Positions 10,901-24,602 of a stretch of DNA of 64,000 nucleotides are shown piece by piece. The notes below the pieces were generated by a model. That model did not search any database, was not told the DNA's origin, and saw only the letters and a list, made by a program, of their open reading frames with translations. Both the position numbers and the translations under genes were made by a program. Location: the NCBI RefSeq assembly GCF_023055435.1, contig NW_025964334.1, positions 21,080,001 to 21,144,000 of the forward strand, in the 5' to 3' direction. The DNA comes from Haliotis rufescens. Taxonomy: Eukaryota. The number at the start of each line of letters is the position of its first letter. Position 1 is the first letter of the stretch.

Positions 10901-13636
10901 ATAAACATTTCAGGCTGTTTGCATAAACCACGAAATTTACCTTCCAACTGTTTTTTTTCCACCAAAATAATATTCTAATAAGAGCCCCCTATTTCTAATT
11001 TTGAAAGCGCCCTGGGCGCTTACTACGTTGAATACGGTATGTCTTATTTGAAGCTACACAAAAACCTACCTATTAGCAGCACTGTGCCTACAGCCAAACC
11101 ACCACCTGCAGGAGAAACAAACAAAGGTTTTCGTCTTATTATGCAATTTTCACGCTACATCACAGCAGCCTGTAAACAATCAATTAAAAAAATAATTGTT
11201 GTTTTAGACTTAGAAATAATAAAAGAATTGGTTCTCAGGCAATGTTTTTTGAAAATATAGAGCGGGCGGGCGATGTCTTTTTTCCTTTTTGGTCGTTCAA
11301 ACCAGTATGTAACCATTAAACAGTCATTTACAATCAATCTGGGAAAGGGCCTCCCTACATAAATGTATTCCTTGATAAGTAAAATTCTGGAATACAGTAT
11401 TTGACTACCATTGGACTTAGAACACTTAAGGATTTTTTTTTTTTTAAAAGTGGAAATAAAAACGAAACGTGCGCAAACTTTATGATGATGTGGGCGGTGC
11501 CTGAGAACCAAGAACTATTATTTTTTTTAGCCTCATGCCGCATTCAGCAATATTCCAGCTATATGATGGTGGTCTGTTAATAACTGAGTTTGGACCAGAC
11601 AAGCCAGTGATTGACATCATGAGCATCGATCCACGCCACTATCTACTCCATTGGGAGTATGATGGCAACAATGAACCAAGTCACTGAGTCTGACCACCTG
11701 ATCCATTTATTTGTCTCTCAGGACCGGCATAGGTTGCTGGTAAACAATCCTGACCCGGAATCCCAACGTGGATCAAGTCACGGCCAGTCAAACCAATGCT
11801 TGATGTTATGAATATTCAAGCAATATCACTGCAGGAGACACCAGAATAGGGCTTCATACCTGTGGGAAATCTAAAACGAGCGTTATATTTGATGAGCGAC
11901 TACTTTCAGCACAAGGCAACCTCTGTTGATATCACACACAACATCCCATGTCGTTGGGGCAGATGGCAAGCAGTCAACAAAATCACTGAGCCTGAACACC
12001 TCATCCAATTTGACATGCAACAGAACAGGGTTTAAGTGAGTGAGTGAGTTGGGTTTAACAGTATTCCAGTCATATCGCGGCGTGTCAGCTTAATGTGGGA
12101 GGAAAGCACAGGGTTTAAGACTAACTGCATTTCATTGTAGGGATATTCAAGGTGGAAAGTAAGTAATACTGTAGTATTAATTGTTTTCCAACTTTAATTT
12201 GCAGTAGCATTGGACAGATTCATTCTTGTTCCTCTACGTCTTGGTTGGGAAATTCTTCGAAGCGCGATGGATGTTGTTTTCACAAGTCTTTTCCTTTGTA
12301 TATTACAGTCAATTTGTAAAATGTGATTCTCTCAGGCAATTTATAAAATGTGTAAATATTTCAGTCATTTTGACTGAAAAATCTGTCCATTTCTTTAACA
12401 GATTGACCAAAATTGATTAAGACAATCAATAGAGTCTAAAAACATCACAATAGATTATTATGTAGGATTAGAAGCCAAACAATATAGAAATGTACTTTTC
12501 ATCATAACATTTTCAGTCTCTTGATGATGATATCAAACATAAAAATGTTTGGAATTCGTTGTAATAATAATACAGATGGACATATTTTTCAGTCAATTTT
12601 TAAAATAACTGAATATTCAGGTGTTAATAAATTTCCTAAGTGAAAATTTTGCACATTTTGACTGTAAAAATATAAACAGCATTAAATAAGCAATGCTCAG
12701 GAGAAATATTTACTTTGTGTTGCAAGTCAAAATAGTGTAAACGAAAATCGGACAATTACCAAGCAAGTGACTTATCAAAACTTCGGCACCATTACCGATG
12801 CTACCCACAAAGATACCTACATTTCCTTATTATTTCCAAAACTGTATTTCATTTTGTTGATCAATGTGACCATACACCCTTATACTATCAATAAAAGTGA
12901 CATATGCGCTTATGAATTGCGCACTAGTCTAGGTTTCTGCTATATCATCCGGGTACTCACGGGGAAAAACAATAACAAAGGCAACAACCAGTCCCGGGGA
13001 ATTGCTTTAGATCAGTGCCCCTTTAAGAAAACACTGTTTCCATTGACAATTAGTTCTGGGCTCCTTGATCCAAGTAGCAGTTAAGATTTTGATTGGAGTA
13101 TTTTATTTAACAATAATATCAGGGGAAGGTACATAAAGTGATTTCAGTCAATAGCTTTGAACGGTGGCTTTATGTATCATATGCGGTTTGGAAGTTCAGA
13201 CGTGATAAATGTGACGGTTGGCAACACTGTTTATGAGATATACACTATATTCCAGATTTATCATGGCTGTCTGGACCAGACTATGCAGTGATTGAGCATC
13301 GATCAACGCCACTGGGATATTGGTTGTTGTTTACCCTGAAGGGTTTGATTGTATCAAAGACGTATGTAGATATTTGATTGTATGTTGATGATAATATTGT
13401 CTTATAAACGAATATTCAGAAATACGTTAATTTAATAACACCTGAGTTAGATGACGTGATAAAATGCGAGAAAAATTCCACAAAGACATAATTAATGACT
13501 AAATACCTATGACATTATCTAAAGACGGGACACCGGTAGATATCAATAATTGACTGTTTAACAGTGATGGTTTCGTTCCAGATATTTGCGGTATTTTCAC
13601 ACGTGTTTTCTTCTGAAAGCTTGTTGATGCTGCCAT
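1984..13636 (-). CDS. ELP4: Elongator complex protein 4 (378 aa, 10 coding exons)
   Basis: Exons 13636-13507, 11105-11070, 9613-9492, 8020-7913, 6702-6587, 6215-6091, 5429-5266, 3915-3807, 2923-2817, 2103-1984, all GT-AG with consistent phases (1137 nt). Translation has ELP4 motifs [79 protein letters not shown] and C-terminal KLDF*. Confidence 0.96.
2494..2628 (-). mobile_element. tRNA-derived SINE family A, degenerate
   Basis: (GAGT)n tail, CATTGTACCCATGTCGGGAATCGAACC B-box region, flanking duplication GCCACGACAAA. Confidence 0.75.
2937..3100 (-). mobile_element. tRNA-derived SINE family A, full length
   Basis: Head GGGGCGGTCGGGTAGCCTAGTGGTTAAAGCG with A/B boxes (GGGTTCGAATCCC), (ACTC)n tail, TSD CCTGCAACATAAGA. 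Confidence 0.9.
3128..3372 (-). mobile_element. SINE-like family B copy
   Basis: Matches the family B consensus, (TTTG)n tail. Confidence 0.75.
3434..3760. repeat. Minisatellite, 52-bp unit x about 6.3
   Basis: CCCTTGCCTCGCCACACTATGATTACCTCTTGGCTCCACACAAGACCCGTCA repeated without spacers in ELP4 intron 8. Confidence 0.95.
3994..4111. repeat. Perfect 43-bp inverted repeat with 32-nt loop (possible end of a Crypton-like non-autonomous element)
   Basis: AGGATATTCCATGTGTCGAGTGAAATATCATGTTTCTCTCATC (3994-4036) is the reverse complement of 4069-4111. Confidence 0.8.
4871..5231 (-). mobile_element. tRNA-derived SINE family C (Meta-domain-like core)
   Basis: Head GACCGCCTCCGTGGTCTAGTGG, core CATACCAGAAGACGTTAAAAGATGGTACTTG, (CACCT)n tail. 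Confidence 0.85.
5380..6015. repeat. Minisatellite of alternating 108/113-bp units (6 copies) spanning the ELP4 exon 7 acceptor
   Basis: CAGTGGAGAACCCAGGGAGTGTATTGCTGCAATGAGACAGGGG recurs, with acceptor positions at 5430, 5538, 5651, 5759, 5872 and 5980. Confidence 0.95.
6375..6550. mobile_element. Tc1/mariner (pogo/Tigger-type) MITE
   Basis: TA|CAGTAAACTACGGTTATAACGAAC ... GTTCGTTATAAATGTAGTTTACAG|TA, with internal GTTCGTTATAA repeats. Confidence 0.75.
6728..6764. repeat. (TAA)n microsatellite
   Basis: Direct reading. Confidence 0.85.
7222..7425 (-). mobile_element. SINE-like family B copy inside a degenerate (ACATGAT/ACAAGTT)n simple repeat (7190-7580)
   Basis: Matches the family B consensus. 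Confidence 0.8.
8176..9525. repeat. Compound minisatellite (46-bp units near the exon, 34- and 30-bp variants further away) derived from the ELP4 exon 3 end and donor
   Basis: Minus-strand unit GTAGAGTCACACAGACCTCGACACAGACCCCAACTCACTCATTCAG; the first unit overlaps codons [11 protein letters not shown]. Confidence 0.95.
9736..9992 (-). mobile_element. SINE-like family B copy
   Basis: Full-length match ending GGATCTTCACAGG. Confidence 0.8.
10694..11037. mobile_element. Tc1/mariner-type MITE
   Basis: TA|CCGTATTCGACGTAATAAGCGCCC ... GGGCGCTTACTACGTTGAATACGG|TA. Confidence 0.8.
11535..11775 (-). mobile_element. SINE-like family B copy, degenerate
   Basis: CAGCAATATTCCAGCTATATG...GAGCATCGATCC. 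Confidence 0.7.
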
Positions 13637-14809
13637 GTTGAAAATTTATTTAAGTCGATAAAATGGTTTAGATGTGTTTGGGGGCAGTTAGTTGTAATTC
13701 TCATATACACATTGTGATATATCCAGAAACATTATAAATATTGAAAATGATATGTCTGAACTAAGTAATAGAGAAAAAAACCCAGGCAACGCGCTACACA
13801 GTGTGGCTCTATTTTATCGAGTAATATGCATCTCTTGTGGCTTGGAGATACAAAATTAGGAGTACTATATTCCTAAAAACCGTTGTTATGTAAATATCAC
13901 ATTTCATACATTTCTTCCCTGAAAACATTAGAACACAAAGTCTGCAATAGCATAAGTGCACAATGTGACATACTGAACACAAAACAGACGCAAATACAAA
14001 CACCAGATACTAAAACTATTAAAATTACGGCATACATACTGATTGAGTTCTCATGGTAAAATATTTAGTTCATTTAATATCAAATAATTTACCGATTATT
14101 TTAATATATATGCCAGTATAAAATATGAAACAATCGCTCCATCCTCAAACGTAACATATATCGACAGATGCAAATGACGTTCTTTTAGTAGCGCGGATGC
14201 CACATGACATTTCTGGATAATAGTACTAAAAATAAATGAACGCCATAAAGAGATTAAATGTTGATCACGAGAATACTTGTCCATATTGTCGTAGTGAATA
14301 TGTTTACGTATGGGAGTAAAGACCATATTCAAATGTGTGTGTGTGGTGTCGTATGGAAGCACGGATCTATGTTAAATCGTGATGGGGGTAATGATATTTC
14401 ACTGAGGCCTCATTTCAACTGAAGGTTTTTCTAATGACAGTATTAGTTGGATAGTAAGTAGTACCTAAATGTAAACAAGTATGTGTTCATTGCACGTGCG
14501 TTCGTGATCTCCGTTTATGTTTTGACTCATCCGCGATCAAATCCATTCTTTTGTGTTTACGATTAATTGTTAAAAAGGAAATAACATTATTCAATATTTT
14601 GTCAATATTAGTAATATAGTTTGGAAGACTGATTTGAAACTCCCGCCTTGACAAGTTGTAGAAGCCTAGCAGACGACGTTGCTGTCACAGAAGCAGACGA
14701 TCATTTACATCCGGTTGTATTATTTTTGTTAGACGTCAGGGTATTATGTTGTGCTTCTTTTAGGTTAAGCATTTTGTTTGGAACGTTACTGCTGAAAAGA
14801 CGCACCAAG
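13637..14809. promoter_or_regulatory. Putative bidirectional promoter between ELP4 and FBXO47, including a probable non-coding first exon of FBXO47 ending at 14809
   Basis: Divergent genes; CpG-richer stretch at 14640-14810 ending CACCAAG|GTAGGT; acceptor TTTCAG at 15434 just before the FBXO47 ATG. Confidence 0.55.
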
Positions 14810-15436
14810 GTAGGTATATTTAAAAGATGTTTTTGTATTCTAAATGATGCATGTACTGATGAAGTAGGCAAAGTGGCTTTCGAGATATGAGTATGACAGT
14901 CAGAAACTTATGCACATTTATCAGTTTATGGCATTTAAAAGATTATGTATATGAAGTACTTGCACATAGTGGGCCTAGATCTACTATTAAATATTCAGAT
15001 TTATTTTGTTTATTATCTGTTGTCAAGATTTATTTAACCACTTAGTAACAAATTTGAAATTTCACTCAGGATCAGCTGGTATAATAGTTACTGACGTTTA
15101 TTATGTTCAGGAGTAGTAGTAGGCTTACATTACGATATTCATGCATCACTTTTAAATGTTATAACTGATTATGATGATGTGTCATGGGGTTCATACCCAA
15201 ACCTTTTGAAAAATCACATGGATCCTAATAGAAACAACAAAAATTACTAGATCTACCTTGTACCAATCCTTGATCTGTCACACTCTCGTTTTGATAACAA
15301 AATTCAAAACAACATAATATATTTTTTAATCTTATTAACAAAGTCTATTTGGCCCTAGATCTATGTGTTTTAAAATCTTATGAAAGTTCAGAATACTTTG
15401 ACATTTCTGAAAATAGTGAAACTATTTCTTTCAGAA

Positions 15437-18400
15437 ATGGATATCAAAACATACATGTCGTGTAAGAAACCTAGACGATCAATACGCCTTGAAGGAAAAG
15501 TTCAGGAACACATGAAAGAAACAGCAATAAAACAGAGCCCGCTTGGAATTTTCGACATATTGCCACTTGAGTTGAAATTCTACATACTTAAGTTTTGTTC
15601 AGGTTTGTTATTTTAACTGAAAATATACATTCAAATGTGTCTATGTCATATCCTATTATATATTTAGCAGACATTGATTCAAAATTGAAGAGAATTTCAG
15701 AATCCTTTTTATGATGCATTTCTTTGTTCATAGATTTAATTTCCATAAATCAACATAAGAATAAATTAAGTTTTTTACCATTCATCTACTCCATGATGGT
15801 AACTCTAGTTTCTCACTTGATATTTTTCTTATAATTTTCATTTCCTTTGCAGTTATTGATTTGAGTCTTATGACAATTACATCAAAAGCAATGAGGAATT
15901 TGATAGAAGGATACAGAGTAACAAGGCCTTTGAGTCGTCACTTCTTGGAATTGCCTGATCCTCATGTCATTCTGCCTTTAGATGAACAAGCAGAGTATTT
16001 CAAAAAGTATCAAAGATTAGGTAAATGCTGTCCCAGATACCTCTGACGAATAATGTTGTAACTTACATGCCAAGTGACTTGCAATTTCTTTTTATCTCAC
16101 TTCACCACATGGTTTTAACTGCTATGTGTACAGAATTCATGTTGTAGTTTCTTGAAAAGTAACATATATTTCTGGTTATAACTGTTATAGAATGATTGCT
16201 AGCAAACCATGGTTATGGTTTATAGTACTAAGAATGATTTAATTCAATCAGCCAAAATTAAGGATGATAAGATATGAGCATGCTATTTTGAAAATAAATA
16301 TTTTCCTGGAACCCTTATTTATGTACACAGTGTGCATGTTTGTAATACTTTGTTTGATACTGAAGCTGAAAACTATTTTGCTGGCAAGGGATTTTTTATT
16401 ATTTCACCTGATCATCCCTCAGTAATAACATACTTTAGGTATTTGTGTATTTTGTTACAGGCCTGCTTATGAAGAGGTCCTCATGCTTGTATGCCACAAA
16501 GGAAAGGCTGAAATTTGTCAATGATTTCTTAACGAGGGTAACACTTTAAATATTATTGTCATAAACTTAAACTCTAGTGCCATTTTAGTATGAGATGATT
16601 ATTATGCATTTGTGTATCATTTTCAGTGGGGTATGGTTTGGTACTGTACAGTTGTCAAAGGTATCACTGTTACCTGTGAAGGATCCACTGATTGTGAGTT
16701 TGAATCTCAATCCTAGTATTGATCCAATGGTTTGTCACCACAATACCCATATTTGATGGTAAACATCCACAGTTTGCATAACTGTAAGATTTCCTCTGAG
16801 CTGACACACCCTAATATGACTGAAATATTGTTCAAATCAGCTTTAAAGTCAACTCACTGACTCACTCACAAATCAAAATAATTTTTGTTGAAATATTTGG
16901 CCAATGGTAAAGGTTACTTGCTTTAAACTGTCCTTAACATTCATGGGTATTCTTGAATTCATTTATGCAGATGATGTGCTCCAACTCAAAATACTGTACT
17001 GAGGCAGTAAGTTGTGTTGCTCTATGCAGCTTTGGGCATTTCTTCCATACTGTGATAGCTGGCTGGGATGACAGTGAATGCCAGAAAGCATATGATGTTG
17101 TCTGTCAACATTCATGTATACTCAAGACATTGAAATATGTAGTGACAGGAAATCCAGGTAATTATAGTGAACATTTAACCTCAGCCATGTTTTTTTATGT
17201 TTTTATAGAAAGACATGATACTGATTATGGTACTGTCATCTTCAGACATATTGTAGACACGAAGACTCGAGTGAGATTTACAATTTTAATTAGTTAAAGG
17301 AATAGTAATCAAAGTCAGCTTGGTCTTAAAAAAGGACATCCTCACCACTTCATCTTCAATGCTTCACTGCCGTAAGCCTAAATTTAATTTTGAAATGCCT
17401 CCAGATAGTATGGGATAAGTGACATCAATTTCCTTCTTTTGTGTTGAAAAAAAAGAACAAATACAACCACAGTGTTCAAATGAATGAGGGTCGGGGAGGG
17501 GACACAGGAGGGGGCTCTGGGATCCTTGAGGTTTGTTATAGCTCCGACCAATAACTTAGGGTTGGGGTATATAGTTATACCAAGGAATTCTGTCTGTCCT
17601 TTCCGAGGACATTTTTGTGTGTGACCTAGAACTTGAAAACTACTGATTAGATTCTTTTCAAAATTTGTGAAAACTTTCTATACCAATTGGAGTGGTGCAG
17701 TGGGAAGGTTGATTGAAATATTTCTTAAAAATAAAGCAATTTTCATTTTTTTTACTGAGAATTTTGTTAGAATTTTGTGCTTGAACATTTGTGCGACCTA
17801 TTACTTGAGAACTGGTACATGGATTCTTTTCAATTTAAAGAACACTCTCTTTACTAATAAGTTTGATTTTGATATGTGTATTTTCTGAAGAGTATGATTT
17901 TGTTCATGTTTTGAACATTGAATATTTTTTACTGCAACATTTGTGCAAACTGTAACTTGAAAACTACTTCAAGGTTTCTGTTTCTATTTGGGGCACAGTT
18001 TCTGTACCAATAGGAGAGGAGCAGTGCAAAGTGTGATTTCGACAAGTGGCTATTCTGAGAAAATATTGCTTTTTTCATGTTTTGAACTTAGAAATATGTT
18101 GGAGTATTTGGCCACACTTTTTTAATTTAATGTTTCACAGATTTATTCCAGTTTTCTGCACAAGGTCAGTCAAAGTAAAAACAAAAATAAATGTCAATTA
18201 TTTATTTATTTATATGAAAGTCATTCTGACATGAAGTTAAAACTACAGGTAGCCTCTTTAATCACTGACAGTAGACATGGAATCTATATAAATTAACAAC
18301 ATTATATATTATATAAGTGGGTCTATATTATTAGTGGGAGACATACTGAAAATATATATTTTGATGTTAATTTATTTCTTAGACCGACTCCTTTTCAGTA

Positions 18401-21400
18401 GGAAAAATAAAAAACGTGTGGCCTTAGCGAGCCCTGCTTACTTTTTGCCTTTTTCATTTAAGGGACCCCTTAATAGAGTGTACTTTTAGCAGTAGGGTTA
18501 TGACAAGGATCCCTCAAGACTTCCAGGCTTAATTAATAACAACCATCAGGCACCTTTTTGTTTTACTACATGTCAACACAAAGCCCCTTTATAACTTGCA
18601 ACTTTGTGTTCAGGTTACAGTGTGGACCAAGAGATGAAGTGTCGTGTCTTCCTTAGGCGAGTGTTTCTAGATGCATGTCCAACATCGCAAGACAAGGCAT
18701 TCTGGCTCAGCAGAATTCTCAAGCCATGGCCCATGGTCCACCAGGCAAAGATCCTTTATTTACTGTATGGGGCTGAGACAGATGGTCAGTACCCAGATTA
18801 TTTTGTTAACATGAAAAATTAATCAATGGTTTCACAATATCTTTAATGCTATATGTTAAAATGAAATAGGCGGCCATGTCATTAGTTGACCCTTCATATT
18901 TTGACCTTGTTCTTAACTTTTTTCTCTTTTGTTTTTGTTTTTCATTTTTGCAGCTATGAAGCTTTATCACATTTAGATTAAAGCATTCTTCTAGAGACTA
19001 TGCTATGAGATCAAGTACATGTATTAGTACAGTCCTTAGAGTCAGTAAGATATCCTATTTAGAACAAATACCATTCTTTTGATATAGAAGGTCTATAACA
19101 GTCCTTGTGTAAAATTTGGCAATCATGTTTTAATATGAAACTAATGTATTTGTTCCCATCCACTATGTTTTGCTTGTCAGTGAAACTTAAATTAAACTGT
19201 GCCATAATATACTGCACAGAATGTTTATTAATCAGAATGATTTAGAGACAAAAACATTTCCTGTTAAATAAAATTGCCATTATTGGGACAAGGAAATGTA
19301 TTCAGATAGTCCTAGATGAATAGTAATCCAATTCATCAACTGTTTGTCTTGCATTTAAATCTTTATCAAACCTTTGATTAAAATTGACACTTAAGTTATA
19401 TTAAAACTGGAAAATGTATATGAGCTGTGGTTTTGTGTGTGTATGTATGAAATGATATTGAAACAAGATGCAAAAGTCAGCTAGACTAAACCATATTTTT
19501 CTCTGTTTTCTTCACCATCTTTTGGCACATTGCAGTCTGTGTCTGTCTCTTGGAATCATTTTCAGTAGATTTTAGTGTTATGATACAGAGTATTATTAGC
19601 TAAGCTTTCAAGACTGAACAGAATTTGACTAGACTTCGGACTAGTTTTTAAAATGATAGACTGCCATTGGCATTTCATAAGATCATTAGATGCATACCAT
19701 AGATGCATTTTGCTTAGAGAAGTCCAGGTATAATGTTGACTATGGATTTGTAAAGCAAAAGGAATCTTGTAGTTGTTTGTTTGTTTGTTTGTTTGTTTGT
19801 ATGTATGTTGTTAACGCTGCACACATCAGTATTCCAGCTATATGACAGTGATCTGTCAATAATCAAGTCTGGATCAGATAATCCAGTGGTGGACATCATT
19901 AACATCGATCCACACAACTAGTATATGATGACATTCAATCCACCATGTCCCCAAGTCTGACCCATTTAGCTGCTTGTTATGACAAAGATAGGTTGCATGA
20001 TTTCTACCTGTATTCTTACCTGGAATCCACACAGATGAATCTTGTGTCTGACACTTAAAGTTAATACAACACATGTTCATTTGATGTCCTGTCACTTTTG
20101 GTTTTTATATTTGATTGTGACAGTTAATTATTCTATGTTGTCAGTGATGAAGAATGATGTCTGTTTATTTTGTATAATGACCTCAGTATTTTCACAAGGT
20201 TTAACTAGCTTTTCGATTAACAGCATATGGATGTTTGCTTTTTTTTAATAGGTGAATTACTTTGGTATGACATGTGTGAAAGCACTCCTTCAACATCAGA
20301 AGAATCAGCACGGCAGTTTGGAGAAATTGCAAACATTATTCAGATTCTGTACCTCCAAAGCAAGGAATGGTCAGAAGATGACATCATCAGTGTTCTGGAT
20401 GAACTTACAAGTAAACATCTTTCCCCTTCTTGCATTTATTGCCATTTCAGACTTACAATCAATGCAAGTCAGCTGCTCTTGTAGTGGAAACAAAAATGAA
20501 AAAAATGTGTGCTCACATAACCCTAATGTTGAAAGTGAAAATCCCATGTTTCAGACACAGCAGGTCCCAGGATACCCTTAAAGTTATTTTCTCTCTCTGC
20601 TCTCTATGTTTGTACACAAAGTACACTTTTCTTGTTGGAGTCATGTTGTTCCAGCTATAAATCTTTCCAGTAACCATTTATGCTATTTAGGAGCTAAATG
20701 AATTTTTGATGCATAGGAACTTTATTGTCAGCATGTATCAAAATAATATCATTCTTAAAGTTATTGATGTTTAAGACATATTTTAACTAGATAAAGTAAC
20801 TTTAGAAACCATGTATAAATCCAATGTTTAAGTAAACTGCCCTATTTATCATATAGAACTAAGTTATTTGCAGCCACATTTGTTTGCACATATCATGAAA
20901 GTCAATAACTTTTTGATGAAGCAGACACTACATCAATGTATGGGGCTTAAAATTAGTTCATGCTCAGTACCCTCATTTGCATACTTATTATATCATGATA
21001 CCAAGTTTATCGGAGTGGTTTAAGGCATTGATCATAACACTATGGATTATGTGATGAATATATTTCTGTCATGTAAACGATGCTTAATATAGCAGTCCTG
21101 AACATTAACACAAAAACTTACTTGATATTATGCCAAAATACAAGACTCAAACATTTTTTGTCACAAACTGCTGGTTACATGTTCACGAGCAGGCAGCTAT
21201 TTCGAATAGTTTTACACCTAAAATGTTGGAGACTGAGTAATTGGTTTTACTTGGAGAGAATGATAGTATTGTAGAATACATGGCTTTTCATCCTGGCAGG
21301 TTACCCTGACGAATGGTTGGCAGAGAATGTGGCACATCTTTTACTTATGTGCGGAGATCAGATAACATCCAAACTCCTCATCAGCAAGGCAATCAATGGA

Positions 21401-22834
21401 AGAATTATCGAACTGTGCAGCATCACTACCTCATTCTGTTTGGTACGTAGAACATAAAACTAAGATTCTAATATTCTTTAAACTGTTCTATGCTACTTTG
21501 ATAATACCCTGGACCTATTTGTTACCATGACTTCATTTTGAGACTCATTTGAGTGACACTACCAAGGTTTGTTAGTCTACTGGTTCGAGACGATTCATGT
21601 AGGAGCTCCGTAAGGACTATAACCTTTCCCCTTGAAATGGTTTCATGAATTATCGTGACGATTAATTACCAAATATAGCTGCATGTGAACTAATACTAAT
21701 AAAGTGAAAACAAGCCATTCCAGCAAAAAGGAATTTTACTCACAGTAACGACAAAAATTGAAAAGTGTGCTTTTCAAGAAATATGCATTTTGCTAGCTAT
21801 AAACATCATCATTGAGTTTTTATCACATGGTTACAATCTGACTGAAGAGTTGGGTGACTGTGAGCAGCTATATTTAGCAGTGTGTTCAGCGTACACACAT
21901 TACCAGAACTAACTGAAAGAAAAAACATGCTGATGCAGTACTGTTGACCAAGTTGACAACTCGCAGTCACCCAGATTGTAACCCTGTGATCAAAACTCAT
22001 TGATGATTATTGCCAGCAAAGAATATTGATACTGTCTTGGTTGACATTTCAAACTGTCGACTATGTATACAGGTGAGCTACAGTGCCATGGCACTATTTC
22101 TCAAGTAGTTCTGAATGAGAGGCATTATGTTAATCTCAGTGTCTTTTCAGGTGTGTGTGAAGAACAATTTCAGCTTGAGCTATGTAATCACGATGCTGCA
22201 GAACATCATCAAAGTAATGGACAGCCCTAAAGACAGGATTACTTTCATCAACAGCATGATGGACATGTTCAAGGAGCTTATCCTTGACATGCATGAGTAC
22301 ACAGAATCAGGTACTACATCAAAATATTAAACTCTACAGTATAATTATTTTTGAAGAAAAGCTCCATGATATTCAGCTCACTGTTACTTAAACTAATTCT
22401 TCTACACAACATTTAATGATAGATGATGTATCAATGTACTGGTATTGGCTTCTGATCAATTGAGTTAATTGAAAATTTTACATTGCATCAGCAATATTGC
22501 AGCCATATTGCAATGTCAGATGAATTGAACCTAAATATTGGAAAAGAAAATTGGATAGAAAGATACTATTTTTGAGGCAGGAAAAGCCTCTCAATATTAA
22601 ATAATGTTCTATATATTAATAAATCTTGAATTGGCACTGACATTACTTTGTGACTTGTTAAGTCATAATTTAACAAAATTTGTGTATACCATGGCAAGAT
22701 TTTCCTGTTGCCATATAAGGAAATCTTTTCTTTCAGGTGATGGACACGATGGTGAACTTTATTACCTTGTCATGGCCCTCTCTGAGTTCACGAAGAGGGT
22801 GATCCATATTGCTTTCAAAAGCCTCCTAGGATAA
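15437..22834 (+). CDS. FBXO47: F-box only protein 47 (442 aa, 9 coding exons)
   Basis: Exons 15437-15602, 15853-16020, 16461-16537, 16971-17157, 18614-18784, 20252-20410, 21300-21442, 22151-22310, 22737-22834 (1329 nt, phases consistent). F-box LGIFDILPLELKFYILKF; FBXO47 motifs GLLMKRSSCLYATKERL, IAGWDDSEC, AFWLSRILKPWPMVHQAKILYLLYG, EWLAENVA. Confidence 0.93.
17535..18345. mobile_element. Helentron/HINE (pearl-like) non-autonomous element, degenerate
   Basis: TTATAGCTCC start, three roughly 160-170 bp internal repeats with AACTTGAAAACTACT...GATTCTTTTCAA, end near GTGGGAGACAT. Confidence 0.45.
19775..20035 (-). mobile_element. SINE-like family B copy, degenerate
   Basis: (TTTG)n tail and family B body. 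Confidence 0.7.
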
Positions 22835-24602
22835 ATTTGTGACACATGTGACCACACTCTCAGAATGCTGTATCTGTGATATGAACTGCTAATTAATATT
22901 GTGGACATGTTCTGATTTAGCCTGAACTTAAATTTTTAATCTTACTTTTGACAGTAAGTGCCATAAACAGAACACCAGTAAGTCAGTTTCTTCATATATT
23001 TTGAAATGGTGATCATACCAACTTAATGTTCTGACTGTTTGTTTATCACATTTTGCTGGTATAGTTTTAAAATCACATTTCGTTAGCAGATCATGGGTTT
23101 ATGAAGTTAAAATTTGTTATTATTATTGTGTATAAAATCCTGCAGCAATGAAAAATATTGGGTATTCTTGGCTGTCTACTGCATATTAAAATGAAAGAAT
23201 GTCAAGTCATTATTTTACCAGACTAGTAAACATAGCCAATAACGGTTGATCTGTTTAAGAAAATAATTCTGAAAAAAACAACTTTGAGGCTTGTAGGCAG
23301 AAGTGTTTCATACAGACTGCATGTATTTCCTTTGTTGGACCCAAATCACTTTGGTAATTTTGATATGTTCTTACTTCACAAGAAATGTCTTTAATTTGTT
23401 CTACAAAAGTGTAACATGTCCTCTGATATCTATTATACTATGTGCCTGTAAATATCACTGAATAATCTAGCCTCTGGTAGATAAAATGCTCTCCGCAAAA
23501 CAGAAATATTAACTTCTCTGACTCTCAACACTAATCGGGTGTTTATGGAAATGCTTGCTACAGACATATTTCCTGATACTCAATGAGGAAAAATCTTGTG
23601 TTTTCCATATATATTTAAAATCACTTATATTGAAGAAATTCATATTTGTAAAAGACTACATGTACTTCATTGTGTACATAGTCAATGGAGTTGTAAGTTT
23701 CCCTCAGATGAACAAGACATTAATATACATGTTTGCATTTGATGTTCTCCTTTCAGAATATTTTTTTTTAAATGCGTCTTGAATATAGGACTTTAATATT
23801 AGTCAGTTGTGTAACCTGTACAGGCACTAGTAGGCACTAACTGTTTAAAAACACTCCATACCAAACTTTCAAACAGAGGTATACAAATTTATACACTGAA
23901 ATATTTGTAGTCATAACAGGTGTGGAATATTCACATGGCATCCAAATAGAATATAAGTGTTTTCCTCAGGACATTTTGTGTGGCAGTTAGTCAAAGTCCT
24001 TGTATATAAACAACTCTGAATCTCTGCTGTGTATAAAAGAGCATAAAATGATGTTGTTCATGTAACTTAACTTATATCAATGTTATACATGTATTTCCTG
24101 ATCCATGTGAACTGGTGATGATTTTCTGTGATAAACATGACCTTTATTTGAAGTTGAAGTATGCTGTCACATGTCCTTTGAAAGCTGAATGTAAGTAATG
24201 AATGTGCTGCATTTGTTGACTTTGAAAATAAAGAAAATGCTAAGAAATATTTTTGATCAAGTTTCTACAGATCATATTGTATTCTCAAACCAAGATACTG
24301 TTGGTGATTATGGTCCAGGGTAACCAGTGGTCGACAGTTGGAGTATAATGTGACTCCCTCAGTTTAGCTCTTACTGATGAGCATGGAATACTGGGGACCT
24401 ATTCCGCCACCAAGCCATGAAGGTAAGCTGCTTTCGTGGCTTCACATATATCTGCATGTGTTCTAGTGTGTTGCAGGGTCCAATACCAGAGCTTGCCTAG
24501 TGCTGTCACCCATCCACCTAAACCAAATATTTATACTTGATTTGATCCTTACAGTACTACATTCACCCAGGACATACTGGCACTTTATAATGGCACTGAC
24601 GA

